Source: Ignavibacteriota bacterium
GTDB lineage: Bacteria; Bacteroidota; Ignavibacteria; Kapaibacteriales; UBA961
DNA: 56,358 nucleotides
NCBI GenBank assembly: GCA_016197185.1
Contig: JACPWH010000187.1
Coordinates: forward strand, 1 to 56,358
Reading direction: 5' to 3'
Shown: in pieces, positions 1 to 9,464 of the stretch
Numbering within the stretch: position 1 is the stretch's first letter
How the letters are laid out: each line of letters opens with the position of its first letter
The notes under the pieces: generated by a model
Seen by the model: the letters and a program-made list of their open reading frames with translations, nothing else
Database searches by the model: none
What the model was told of the DNA's origin: nothing
Translations under genes and position numbers: made by a program

Positions 1-335
1 CCGGTGGCCGACAGGAACAGGCCGGGCAGCTGCACCAGCATGGTCACCGCGCCGCCCTTCGGCACCACGATCGGGCGCTGCACGTCGCCGACCTGGATCG
101 GCCGGCCCGGGTTGATCATGCGCTTGGCGGCGAGCCCGATCAGGCTGTCGCGCGACAGCACGGCAGTGCGGCCGATGCGGTCGAACTGCATGGTGACCAT
201 CTCGATGTCGGCGCCGGAGATGATGTCGCCCTGGGCGAGCGGGCGGCGCAGCACCGGCACCTTGGCGGTGTACTCGGCCGCCGCCGCGGTGGCGGTGGCG
301 AGCAGGGCAGCGGCGAGAAACAGGACGCGACGCAT
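1..335 (-). CDS. flgA: FlgA-like flagellar P-ring formation chaperone, N-terminal 111 codons (the rest lies off-window); sits in a GC-rich segment foreign to the rest of the window
   Basis: Reverse complement from ATG (333-335) reads MRRVLFLAAALLATATAAAAEYTAKVPVLRRPLAQGDIISGADIEMVTMQFDRIGRTAVLSRDSLIGLAAKRMINPGRPIQVGDVQRPIVVPKGGAVTMLVQLPGLFLSATG. This is an Ala-rich signal peptide followed by the SAF/FlgA-type pattern of short proteobacterial FlgA. The ORF is open to the window edge, so it is absent from the ORF track. Third codon positions are almost all G/C. Confidence 0.6.
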   Translation of the reverse strand, partial: MRRVLFLAAALLATATAAAAEYTAKVPVLRRPLAQGDIISGADIEMVTMQFDRIGRTAVLSRDSLIGLAAKRMINPGRPIQVGDVQRPIVVPKGGAVTMLVQLPGLFLSAT

Positions 336-367
336 CACGGGCTACAGCTCTCGCCGTTGCTCCTGAC

Positions 368-988
368 GGGAAACATATTGCTACAGGGGATAAATACGGG
401 TATATCGCAGTCTGGAACGTTCCCGATTCTCTCAAAGTTTCGATTAAAACAGATTTCAACACTACTCTTCTCAAACGTTCCAACCTCAAAATAACAGATA
501 CTGTTACGTTTGCAAACACTACACTTCCTGCTAATAATACATTCGACTTTCTATGGAGTTTCGGAGATGGATCAACTTCCACCGAACGAAATCCAAAACA
601 CATATATGCTAAACCAGGTAAGTACACCGTTACTCTCTCTGCGATGAAGAATGATGCTGTTATCGACAGTATCACAAAACAAAGTTATATTATTATACCA
701 GGCACTGACAGCGCAGAAGAAACAAGACCAGGCTTTGAAACAACTTTCACCATACTACCAAATCCAAGCTTCGGGGAAACTACTATAAATTATTCTTTAT
801 CACACCCCTCCCCTGTTCAGATAAGAATTACCGATGTGCTTGGGATAGAAGTAAGCTCTTGGTCTTTGAATGATCAAGCGGGCGAACATTCACTTCTTTG
901 GAATACTGATACAGGTGCAGGAATGTATTATTGTACATTTAGTGTTCAAGGCATTATCAAAACCCTGCCTTTTGTAAAATTGAAGTAA
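368..988 (+). CDS. C-terminal fragment of a secreted PKD-domain protein with a T9SS type-A C-terminal sorting domain; 5' end cut at the compositional junction
   Basis: The frame of ORF 644..988 stays open back to the junction. Translation reads ...VTFANTTLPANNTFDFLWSFGDGSTSTERNPKHIYAKPGKYTVTLSA (PKD signature WxFGDG...NPxHxY..GxYxVxL). It ends ILPNPSFGETTINYSLSHPSPVQIRITDVLGIEV...GMYYCTFSVQGIIKTLPFVKLK, a Por-secretion-tail pattern. No start codon or RBS is present within the AT-rich part. Confidence 0.75.
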   Translation, partial: GKHIATGDKYGYIAVWNVPDSLKVSIKTDFNTTLLKRSNLKITDTVTFANTTLPANNTFDFLWSFGDGSTSTERNPKHIYAKPGKYTVTLSAMKNDAVIDSITKQSYIIIPGTDSAEETRPGFETTFTILPNPSFGETTINYSLSHPSPVQIRITDVLGIEVSSWSLNDQAGEHSLLWNTDTGAGMYYCTFSVQGIIKTLPFVKLK

Positions 989-1003
989 ATAAAAAAATAC
1001 ATT

Positions 1004-1041
1004 AAAAAGCCGCCCCAATATTTATATATAGGGACGGTTTT
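1004..1041. terminator. Bidirectional intrinsic terminator between convergent genes
   Basis: AAAAAGCCGCCCC (1004-1016) pairs with GGGACGGTTTT (1031-1041) with one mismatch. The stem is flanked by an A-run on one side and a T-run on the other. It lies between the + strand stop at 988 and the - strand stop at 1070. Confidence 0.55.
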
Positions 1042-1069
1042 CTACATTTGGAATGGATAATTTTTTTTC

Positions 1070-3523
1070 TTACTTTACCACCTTATCGAACATATCTTTC
1101 TGCCATCCCTTCCATTCTTTACTATTGTAATATTTCATTATTTTTTGCTTGTATTGTGACTGCTGATAAAAATATGTGAGAACATCCGATGCAGGACCGC
1201 TCAATCTGCCGCAAGGATTAAACATACCGTCCACAAGATTGTCAATTACCTTATCATCACAATAGTTTACACGTTTGAGTGCATTCATTGCATTGCGACG
1301 TGTCCAAAATTCATAACTCGAACTTGAATAGCGAATCAATTTTTCCTTTGAATCTGCTGCAACCGGTGTTCCAGCCGCTACTGAAATTTCAAGCCACTTA
1401 ATTTTGACTTGATTATACATCCCAAGTTCGTTCTTTGTTGTTTCCAAATATGTCGGGATATTTTGAGGGTAAACATCCGAGAGCTTTTCAAGCGCGGTTG
1501 CAACTACTGCATAAGAAGAATCTTTTAACATGCCCTCAACATCTTTCTGAAATTCTACTGGAACACCTTTTACACCGTTTAGTGCACTTTTACGCACATC
1601 CACATCTCTATCCTTAAATGCTTTATGCAGAACTGCATAGGCAGTTGCAGTTTTTTCACCTGAAAGTTGTGAAACAACTTCACTACGCATCACACTGTAT
1701 TTTTCCTTATCGAAAACTTGTGAAAGTACTGTTTGCTTTGCAGCTATATCACTTGAGTCTGATTTTAGCCCTACAAGTGCATCATAACGGTCTATCATAT
1801 TTGGGGCATTCAATACCTGAGCTTTGAGTTCAGAGAATAGCTTCTTGAAGGTAAGTTGCTTCATGATGTGGCTTGCAGGGTCGAATAACACGTATGCTAC
1901 ATCTTTGCTGTTATTGTTTGGAATAGTAACCGTATGCTGCTCCTTCTCAATCCATTCACGTTTGTGGTCGCTGCTGCCGTCGGCATAATGGACTTCAAAT
2001 TCTACAGGCATTTTGAATAATCCTGAAAGCTCATCGCGAGGTTGAATCTGTGCTACTGTTATTTGAGTTTCGCGCCCTGATTTACTGCTCCGAACATCAT
2101 CCCATGATACTTTATAATGCGGCTCACCACCACGATATAGCCATTCATCAAAAAACCAATTTGGCGTAAAGCCCAAAACATCCTGGAATGACAAGTAAAT
2201 ATCATTGGTTTCTACATTACCGTATGCGTGATGAGTAAGGTAATGGTTGATAACCCGCTTAAATTCTTCTTCACCAAATACGTAATTCATCATATCGATA
2301 ACACCCGAACCTTTTGGATAGACACGCGATGTTCCGGCTTGTGTGTGTACAATCGGAAGACGGTCTTTTTCAGATGCGGAAATTGCAGCATTCTGTGCCC
2401 CGCGGCGAGACCACTGGTAAGCATCTTCACCATAATACTTCCGGGTAAAGATCGTTGGATAATACGTCGCAAAACTTTCCTGAAGCCATGTTCCTTTGCC
2501 GCTGCGGGCAGTAATGAAGTCTCCGAACCATTGATGTGTAAGCTCGTGAACATTTGTCCCTACATAGCTTCTGTCCAGGAATCCGCGTTCATCCACTTGT
2601 GAGAAATCACCGAATACAGTTGCCGTCGTGTTTTCCATTGCTCCGAACGTAAATTCTTCCACAGGAATTTGAGAATATGATTCCCACGGGTATTTGATTC
2701 CGGTTTGTTCTTCAAGAAAATCAATTGCTTCGGTTGAATAGCGGTATGTCGGTATCATTCTTTCTTGAAATTCAGGATAATACCACAAGCGCACAGGCAC
2801 TCCTGATTTGGATGTTCGATTATCAATTGCATATTTCCCTATACCGAGCATCAGCAGGTATCCTGCATGTGGGTGCGTCATCGTATAATGCCATGTTTTC
2901 GTACCGTTGCCATTATCCTTTTCGCTGAGTTTAGTTCCATTGGAAAGAACTTCATATTCTTTATCGAAGGTTACTATTGTCTCTGTTATGAATTTATCGT
3001 TCATTTCATCATACATCGGAATCCACGCACGGTTGTCAATCCCTTGTCCCTGCGTCCAGATTTGCTTGCGTGCAGCTCCATTTTCTTTGGTGGAAGCTAC
3101 GTCAGCGTTCCAACTGATAAAATAGAGACCTTTTCGTGGCGTAACTTCATAAATAAATATGATACTGTCGGTTGTTCCCCACGAGAGAGCGGGTGACGGA
3201 TACACCATTACACTTGTATCTGTGGATACAAATCGAACGGATTTACCATTGAGTGTAGCACTTGAAATAGTAATTTTAATTGCATCAAAAAAGATGGAGT
3301 CAACTTTCCGTTGAAGCGGAGTAAAGACATGAGTGACCTTTCCTTTTACTATCCCTTTTGGTGCGTCGAAACTCACATCTACAGTCATTCGTTTGATGTC
3401 AATCGGATGTTCTCGAGGTTCGGCAAACGGTTCAGTATAATGGGTTTCTGTATGGAAAAATTGCGCAGATGCCGGATAAATCATAACTATAACCAATGCG
3501 GCAAGAAGGAGAAAACGATTCAT
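1070..3523 (-). CDS. Secreted M1-family zinc aminopeptidase (aminopeptidase N-like) with a C-terminal helical/HEAT-like region
   Basis: 817 aa, ATG start, signal peptide MNRFLLLAALVIVMIYPASAQ. It carries the exopeptidase motif FGAMENTT and the zinc motif HELTHQWFGD with a downstream WLQESFATY glutamate (the gluzincin HExxH-x18-E arrangement). Confidence 0.9.
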   Translation of the reverse strand: MNRFLLLAALVIVMIYPASAQFFHTETHYTEPFAEPREHPIDIKRMTVDVSFDAPKGIVKGKVTHVFTPLQRKVDSIFFDAIKITISSATLNGKSVRFVSTDTSVMVYPSPALSWGTTDSIIFIYEVTPRKGLYFISWNADVASTKENGAARKQIWTQGQGIDNRAWIPMYDEMNDKFITETIVTFDKEYEVLSNGTKLSEKDNGNGTKTWHYTMTHPHAGYLLMLGIGKYAIDNRTSKSGVPVRLWYYPEFQERMIPTYRYSTEAIDFLEEQTGIKYPWESYSQIPVEEFTFGAMENTTATVFGDFSQVDERGFLDRSYVGTNVHELTHQWFGDFITARSGKGTWLQESFATYYPTIFTRKYYGEDAYQWSRRGAQNAAISASEKDRLPIVHTQAGTSRVYPKGSGVIDMMNYVFGEEEFKRVINHYLTHHAYGNVETNDIYLSFQDVLGFTPNWFFDEWLYRGGEPHYKVSWDDVRSSKSGRETQITVAQIQPRDELSGLFKMPVEFEVHYADGSSDHKREWIEKEQHTVTIPNNNSKDVAYVLFDPASHIMKQLTFKKLFSELKAQVLNAPNMIDRYDALVGLKSDSSDIAAKQTVLSQVFDKEKYSVMRSEVVSQLSGEKTATAYAVLHKAFKDRDVDVRKSALNGVKGVPVEFQKDVEGMLKDSSYAVVATALEKLSDVYPQNIPTYLETTKNELGMYNQVKIKWLEISVAAGTPVAADSKEKLIRYSSSSYEFWTRRNAMNALKRVNYCDDKVIDNLVDGMFNPCGRLSGPASDVLTYFYQQSQYKQKIMKYYNSKEWKGWQKDMFDKVVK

Positions 3524-3579
3524 TTGATACCTTTATGATAATTAAAAGAGAATGCTGACATTTACTGTTTTATTATGTA

Positions 3580-4548
3580 TTATTTTCTAATAAAAGAAGT
3601 TCTGTGAGTAACCGGCTTATCTACTATCTTATGCCGAAGATAGGGCGGATTTATATTAAGCAACGTAAGCGAAGATGGCAATGATATAACAGGAGTAATG
3701 ATACCTGTTGTATCATGGAGAATAGTTTGGAATTCCACCAAGGCACGGACAGAAGACGAACTGAGTTGTGCAATTTGTTCTGCGCCTCCGCGAATAGTAA
3801 CACTGATGCGATCCGGTAAAAGCTTATGATTTGATTGAGCCGGCTCGGAAAGAACTTCGAGAGGAATATCATTAAATGTTATTTCAGCTGTCTGTTGTAT
3901 TTCGGCGGATAACACTACTGTTTGCTGCGAAAGTGCAATATGATTTTGAAGAGAATCAACAAGTTTGACTTCAATCCTGATGGATTTTGTAGCATCAAGT
4001 ATTTTTACAGCGGATGTTTGCCATTTTTGAACAGTTTGGAGCATTGTCTCGTTCCCGCGAAGGAGTATGCTGTCCGGTTCGACATGAATATCACCGACAA
4101 CTGTAAATCCCTCTCTTGGAGCGATTTCTATTACAGGAGCAATAGGAACAGTTCGCTGTGCAATTGTTCCTGTCGTAATACTTATGTTTTCAGGGGAAAG
4201 TTCTACAATCTTCTCTAAACTTAATGCCGGACGAAGGTTCTGCAAAATATCATTTTTGGAAAGAGAAAAACTTCCGGCGGAAACTTCTGTAAATTTATCC
4301 AAATCAATTGTGCATTCCGGTTTTGCGCTTATATATTCAAGATTTATAATCTGCCAGCCCGAAGCACGGATTTTTGCAGTAATAAATTTGGGGAGTTCAT
4401 TTTGAACTGCCTTATCTTCTTGCAGCTGGATAACTAACGGAAATTGAACAAATATAGTTGCAGGCGTTTTCAAACTCACATATCCCCATAATGCCACTGA
4501 TAATATCAAGCAGAAAAAAAGCGATACTATGGATATTTTACGCTGCAT
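3580..4548 (-). CDS. YbbR-like domain membrane-anchored protein
   Basis: 322 aa, ATG start, N-terminal TM (IVSLFFCLILSVALWGYV). This is followed by repeated ~80-aa segments of the type V.V.P..i.l.G....l..v....T..v.i......i...v.l, characteristic of YbbR repeats. No adjacent cdaA gene. Confidence 0.55.
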   Translation of the reverse strand: MQRKISIVSLFFCLILSVALWGYVSLKTPATIFVQFPLVIQLQEDKAVQNELPKFITAKIRASGWQIINLEYISAKPECTIDLDKFTEVSAGSFSLSKNDILQNLRPALSLEKIVELSPENISITTGTIAQRTVPIAPVIEIAPREGFTVVGDIHVEPDSILLRGNETMLQTVQKWQTSAVKILDATKSIRIEVKLVDSLQNHIALSQQTVVLSAEIQQTAEITFNDIPLEVLSEPAQSNHKLLPDRISVTIRGGAEQIAQLSSSSVRALVEFQTILHDTTGIITPVISLPSSLTLLNINPPYLRHKIVDKPVTHRTSFIRK

Positions 4549-4596
4549 GGTTATCAGCTAATCGGTACAAACAATAATAGGAATATTCAAAATTAC

Positions 4597-4635
4597 AAAA
4601 AAAGCCCCGCACAACCGTAAAGTATGTGCAGGGCT
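4597..4635 (-). terminator. Intrinsic terminator of the 4667..8998 gene
   Basis: On the minus strand, AGCCCTGCACA ... TGTGCGGGGCT forms a hairpin followed directly by TTTTTTT (complement of 4597-4603). It sits ~30 nt after the stop codon. Confidence 0.7.
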
Positions 4636-4666
4636 AAAGAAGAGAATAACTTAAACTACCCTTTAA

Positions 4667-7600
4667 TTACCTTGTAATCGTTATCGTTTGCGATTCTGTG
4701 TATGGCCCTGAAATCATTCGGCAAGAATACACACCGGACGGAATACCGCTAATCGGTACATTTGCCACATAGCTTCCGGGATTCAGATACTCATCCATCA
4801 GTACTGCTACACGTTCTCCGATTGAGTTGTAAAGTTCGAACGTTGTACGACCACCTAACCCAACACTATAATTGATTGATATATCATTGTTTGTAGCCGG
4901 ATTCGGCGAAACAGATGAAAGAGCAAATGTTGATCCGGTTGTTTTAACTAAACGTGCATTTATAAAGCAACCTGAAAGTGTAACTTCCGTCGGAATACTT
5001 GTCGGAATAACACAATCCTTGAGTTTTGGAGTTTCTACATTTAATCCCATCGGATAATGAATTGTATCAGCAAGCAGAACTATGAAATCTACTTTGATGA
5101 TACCGCCATTTGCAGGAATAGGCACTGATCCCGATGCATCAATTGTCAGGGTATGATTCTTGCCCGTGCCTGTTTCTCCTGGAATATTGTTAAAGCTCCA
5201 TCCTTGTGATGCATAAGCCCCGTCGAATCTGGCACCGACATATTTAAAGTGTTTTTCATCAAATGTTACTTGAGCAACAAAATCCCTAACTTCAGCACCG
5301 GGTGAACCTAACCATTCACCTTTAGTTGCGCTTATTGTAAAGGTATGTGGTTTACCTGCTTCTACTATTCCGTTTATCACATCGGAGGTAACAGCAAATT
5401 CTACGGGAATAACTTTGCCTATACCTGTAAGATTAACTGTACGGGTCTGAAGCGGAAACGCTACTGTATCAAGAGTACTTTCGCAGTACACTAAGATTTG
5501 TGCATTATAGGACTGATTATTCGTTGGTAAGAACTGTACATCAAAGTCTTTACTTTCACCCGGAGGTAATGTAAGCCCGGGCGTAAATCCTGCAAACAAA
5601 AACGCATTTGGATCATTACCAACAATATCGTACCCTGTTATAACCAAATCTGCGGTTCCGGGATTAGTGATTCTAAATGTCTTTGTCGGATGTATGCATG
5701 CCATTTCTGTACCATAATCAATTGGAGTTACGGTAATGCCGGGAGCGGTACTGCCATTTATATATCCACAGCCGACTACATGAACTGTATCTCTAACAGT
5801 CGGGTCTTCTTCAGGACCCGGTGCGGCATCCGAAAATATTTCAACAACTGCATATCGACGACCCGTAGCACCCGGAGTAAATGAAACAGGTATCTTAACT
5901 GTTTCACCCATTGGTACTTTAAATGGTGCCGGATCAGCACCGTTTGTGTTTGTCCATTTAAAATCTCCTAAATTAGGGCTTGCAGCAGCATCAAAATTAA
6001 TCTTCTTTACACTCAATTCAGAGGATGTACTTGGATTATAGATTGTTACATATCCATCAGGGGCTTGGGTTCCAACCTCGAAACAAGGCTTCACAGGAGT
6101 ATTTTCAAACGTATATCCTGTAGGCTTAATTTTCGGTAAGAAGCCATAACCTGTCAATATACCCTCTCTCAATTCAGGAGTGGACTCGTCGAATCCGGGG
6201 ATAACCAAATTTGCAAGATCGCCTTCAACTACGGGTGTAAACCATACATTTACTTGGACCTTAGCATCACCCTGCTGCAAAGGACGCATTATAGTTGGCA
6301 GAGAAGGCAATACAGGTGTTGCTGAGTCGAAGCTAAAATTTGGATCCGGTTGAGTTTCTAATTTCAATGAACTCAATGTTAGTGGGGAAGTTCCAAGATT
6401 ATAGACATTTACTATACCTGGTGTTAATGTTCCCACTCTGTGTCTATTCCAATCATACCGTGTAATCACCGGACCCGGTGCTTTACCTTCACCATACCAA
6501 AGCGATGTAGCATTGCAATTAACACCTCCGCTATTCGATTCAAATGTTACCGTAATGCTGTCGGCAGCAATTGTTGACGGAGCAAATCCTATCGAAGTCA
6601 TATAAACTGATGAATCCGGTAAGATTACAATATCGAACTTTGGATTTTGATCCTTAATAAAGAATGGTGGACGCACTCCTGTTACACCGGTGATAGTTAG
6701 CGTATCCGTTCCTTTATTTGTAATAAGAAAACCTCGTCCGTTTTGTTTTTCCTTAAAGGAAGTATCGGAGTTGATAACTACACTTCCGGCTTTCCACTCC
6801 GGTTCAACATTAATACATGGAATTACACCACGACCTTTTACAGGGAACGGGAATCTTCCGCATTCTGTTTCCGCAATAAGTGAATCAATATCAATTTCAG
6901 TATCTTCGTCGGATTTTCCTTCTTTAATCGGCGTATAGGTCAACTTAATTGTAAGTGTTTCCAAAGGATCAAGTGTGTCGGGCAAACTTGGATTGATTTC
7001 ATCAATCTTGAACACTGAGCTTTTCTTCAGTGCAATTTTAGTGACAACAACAGCTTTATCTTCGGGATTGCTTAATGTTACCGTTAGTTGTTTAGAAGTA
7101 CCTAACCGTACCTTGCCAAATTTGACTATTGCCGGATCAAGTGTAAGTTTGTCAACCACATAGCGTACCGTATCAAGTGTAAAATTTCCTGCACGGTCTA
7201 ATACCACGAGTACAGCGTAAGCATTTTTGGTCCTGTCTTTAACCAATAGCTCAAAGTTAAATGTTTTTACTTTTGGTAACGGAATAACTTTTTCGGCAGT
7301 AATAAGTTTTAGATCATAATTGTAGCTTATTGAATCTACTATATAAATTTCAAAAATTCCCTGATCTATTTGTACTGAATCAGGCGGAGGAGGTCCGTAA
7401 TCACGAAGTTCGGTAGCGAGATATTTAAAATCTCCGCACTCTTCTGTACGTGAAAGTACGGGTGGAAGCGTATCCAAATCCGTTAGTGATTTTGTAGCAA
7501 GTGCTGCGGGCCAGCCATAAGAATTGAATGTACCAAAACCATAGATATACCCTCCAAAGAGTGTATTACTTGTAATCACGTGCGCACCTTGCCCTACAGG

Positions 7601-8998
7601 TCTTCTTCCCCAATAGAGATTTGAACCGGGAATATTCTGAAGCAGTAATTGTGAATATGATTTATAGACTGTATCACCGTCGAGAACAAGTGATTTCAAT
7701 AATTTCTGTTCTTGGTCGGCAGTATCGCCTACAACGATAAAACTAAAATAATTATTGACAAAAGCAGGGCTTATCGGTGTTTGGAATACCGTTGCCTTCA
7801 GGTATTGCTCTTGAGGTGTTACAACAATCATAAACGGGTCAAATACAGTACCTTTATCCCAATTGGCAGAAAATGAATATTGCATAACAAGTACAGGCTT
7901 GTCTGCTTCCCACACAGTTACTCCGTTAAAAGCAATCTGCGCACCATTTCCAGTCCATGTATTATAATCTTCATAAAATTCACCGGCTTTTGAGAGAAAA
8001 ATATCACGTTGTCCCAAAAGCTCTTTAGTTGTTTTTTCGTAATACCTTAACTTAACCTTAGTATTTGCTTTCGAAGCAACTACTCTGTAAAAATCACCTT
8101 TATTATCCCGCTGAAGTTCAATTGAAACATACTTTTTACCCCATGCAGATACGGGAGGTACCATTTCACACATGTGGTCACGCCCGTCTGTATTATTTAC
8201 AGGAAGCATGGTTCGTTCATGGTAGGAAATTAATCCTATTGGTTTATTATTAGTCGATACAATTCTTGAACCTGTAAGGTCAAACTCACCACGAGTAGTT
8301 GCATCTCCCTTTACATTATAAACTTCACCTTTATTAAGAACTATGTTTAATACTTCACCTATTTTTGAACCGCTTGCAGTTTTAGCAACCCCGGCACCTC
8401 TACCACGTAACTGGATACTTACTTCAGTTTTATCTTCGGAAGCAATTACTATAAACCCTGCTGCCAGAGGGCGGAACTCGTTAAAATCATAGTAAGAACA
8501 GTGGATATATTCAGTTCCCCATGTATTTATCGGGAGAGCAAGATAGCCGTCGGCTGTCACTTGTTTTGCATTCATCATATACACGGAAATTGCTTGATCA
8601 GCAAAAATATGAATACCGCGCGGATCGGCTATCTGAGAAGTTACAATTTCAAAGTCATAGCTTGCCGAACCGTCTTTTGTACTGAAAACAACCACTTCAG
8701 TTGCCCTTAGTTTTTTGGAACGTATAAATCCTGTTCCGGGAACTTCCAATGTAACAAGAGTATTGTAACTTGAGGTTATATAAAATTCCAACTGAATTGT
8801 AGGTTGTGCTTTTACGTCATTAAGCGGGACTGCCAACCAAAACTCCCTGCCCTGTGCAGTAGCATTCAATACACTGTCGGCATCTTTGATTTTCTTAAGA
8901 ATTGCCTCTGTTTTGGCATCTCTGGTTTGCGCATATATGGGAAATGTCAGTACAGAAGCAAGCAGAAAGGTGAAGAGAACTTTGAAAAAAGATTTCAT
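4667..8998 (-). CDS. Large secreted cell-surface protein (1443 aa): IgGFc-binding-N-terminal-like region, multiple choice-of-anchor-D/ASH-type beta-sandwich repeats, a cohesin-like domain and a T9SS type-A CTD
   Basis: The track start at 9064 is TTG. I trimmed it to the ATG at 8996-8998, which gives the signal peptide MKSFFKVLFTFLLASVLTFPIYAQ. The N-terminus reads GREFWLAVPLND...IQLEFYITSS. Repeats resemble VKFGKVRLGTSKQLTVTLSNPEDKAVVVTKIAL. The C-terminus SVSPNPATNNDISINYSV...GVYSCRMISGPYTESQTITITR matches the sorting-domain pattern. Confidence 0.85.
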   Translation of the reverse strand: MKSFFKVLFTFLLASVLTFPIYAQTRDAKTEAILKKIKDADSVLNATAQGREFWLAVPLNDVKAQPTIQLEFYITSSYNTLVTLEVPGTGFIRSKKLRATEVVVFSTKDGSASYDFEIVTSQIADPRGIHIFADQAISVYMMNAKQVTADGYLALPINTWGTEYIHCSYYDFNEFRPLAAGFIVIASEDKTEVSIQLRGRGAGVAKTASGSKIGEVLNIVLNKGEVYNVKGDATTRGEFDLTGSRIVSTNNKPIGLISYHERTMLPVNNTDGRDHMCEMVPPVSAWGKKYVSIELQRDNKGDFYRVVASKANTKVKLRYYEKTTKELLGQRDIFLSKAGEFYEDYNTWTGNGAQIAFNGVTVWEADKPVLVMQYSFSANWDKGTVFDPFMIVVTPQEQYLKATVFQTPISPAFVNNYFSFIVVGDTADQEQKLLKSLVLDGDTVYKSYSQLLLQNIPGSNLYWGRRPVGQGAHVITSNTLFGGYIYGFGTFNSYGWPAALATKSLTDLDTLPPVLSRTEECGDFKYLATELRDYGPPPPDSVQIDQGIFEIYIVDSISYNYDLKLITAEKVIPLPKVKTFNFELLVKDRTKNAYAVLVVLDRAGNFTLDTVRYVVDKLTLDPAIVKFGKVRLGTSKQLTVTLSNPEDKAVVVTKIALKKSSVFKIDEINPSLPDTLDPLETLTIKLTYTPIKEGKSDEDTEIDIDSLIAETECGRFPFPVKGRGVIPCINVEPEWKAGSVVINSDTSFKEKQNGRGFLITNKGTDTLTITGVTGVRPPFFIKDQNPKFDIVILPDSSVYMTSIGFAPSTIAADSITVTFESNSGGVNCNATSLWYGEGKAPGPVITRYDWNRHRVGTLTPGIVNVYNLGTSPLTLSSLKLETQPDPNFSFDSATPVLPSLPTIMRPLQQGDAKVQVNVWFTPVVEGDLANLVIPGFDESTPELREGILTGYGFLPKIKPTGYTFENTPVKPCFEVGTQAPDGYVTIYNPSTSSELSVKKINFDAAASPNLGDFKWTNTNGADPAPFKVPMGETVKIPVSFTPGATGRRYAVVEIFSDAAPGPEEDPTVRDTVHVVGCGYINGSTAPGITVTPIDYGTEMACIHPTKTFRITNPGTADLVITGYDIVGNDPNAFLFAGFTPGLTLPPGESKDFDVQFLPTNNQSYNAQILVYCESTLDTVAFPLQTRTVNLTGIGKVIPVEFAVTSDVINGIVEAGKPHTFTISATKGEWLGSPGAEVRDFVAQVTFDEKHFKYVGARFDGAYASQGWSFNNIPGETGTGKNHTLTIDASGSVPIPANGGIIKVDFIVLLADTIHYPMGLNVETPKLKDCVIPTSIPTEVTLSGCFINARLVKTTGSTFALSSVSPNPATNNDISINYSVGLGGRTTFELYNSIGERVAVLMDEYLNPGSYVANVPISGIPSGVYSCRMISGPYTESQTITITR

Positions 8999-9464
8999 GA
9001 GATTACCCCGAAAAAATAGTAAGAAATGATTATGTTGCTTGTTAAACAGAATTTTACACTTCAAATTACAGCAATAATAGGAAATATAATAATAAAAATT
9101 TTCAATTTGCGACGATTGTTCGTTTCAACGCGTACCAAACACTCACTATTTGCTATTTTTGTGTGTACGGCTGTGTATTTATTGGTAATTTTGACTGTTG
9201 ATATCGAATGTGATATTCAAAATTGCAATAATGATTGATTTGGTAAAAAATCATGGTTGTTTTCTCCAATTCATTCGAATCAATAACAGACCATTAAACT
9301 GAACACTCTTAACAACAATTCTGAATGTTTTAAAATGAAACTCCCCTGCAGTTAGCAATAACACGAAAGTATTCAATACGTTTCATAATTTTAAAATTTT
9401 TTATCGGACACAACTTACATTTCAGCCATATTTTATCGTCGTTTTTCTATCTGAAAGCCACATT

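Noticed and set aside
4-366. 120-aa + strand ORF (GTG start) in the GC-rich segment
   Set aside because: It is the antisense shadow of the FlgA-like frame. High GC suppresses stop codons. Its translation is low-complexity and Arg/Ala/Ser-rich with no recognisable motif, whereas the opposite strand gives a signal peptide plus a FlgA-like pattern.
8999-9064. 22-codon N-terminal extension of the 1465-aa ORF; similar extensions occur at 12160-12171, 12798-12836, 33218-33256, 46960-47094 and 54072-54164
   Set aside because: The extensions at 9064, 12171 and 12836 begin with TTG and the one at 33256 with GTG; all precede an in-frame ATG. The 46960 and 54072 extensions simply lack support. In each case the ATG either starts a canonical signal peptide or the conserved family N-terminus, or is preceded by an SD-like motif.
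9026-9238. 70-aa + strand ORF in the 400-nt flhF upstream spacer
   Set aside because: It is AT-rich, has no RBS and no recognisable motif, and overlaps the divergent promoter region. It is most likely a chance ORF, and a small membrane peptide cannot be supported from sequence alone.
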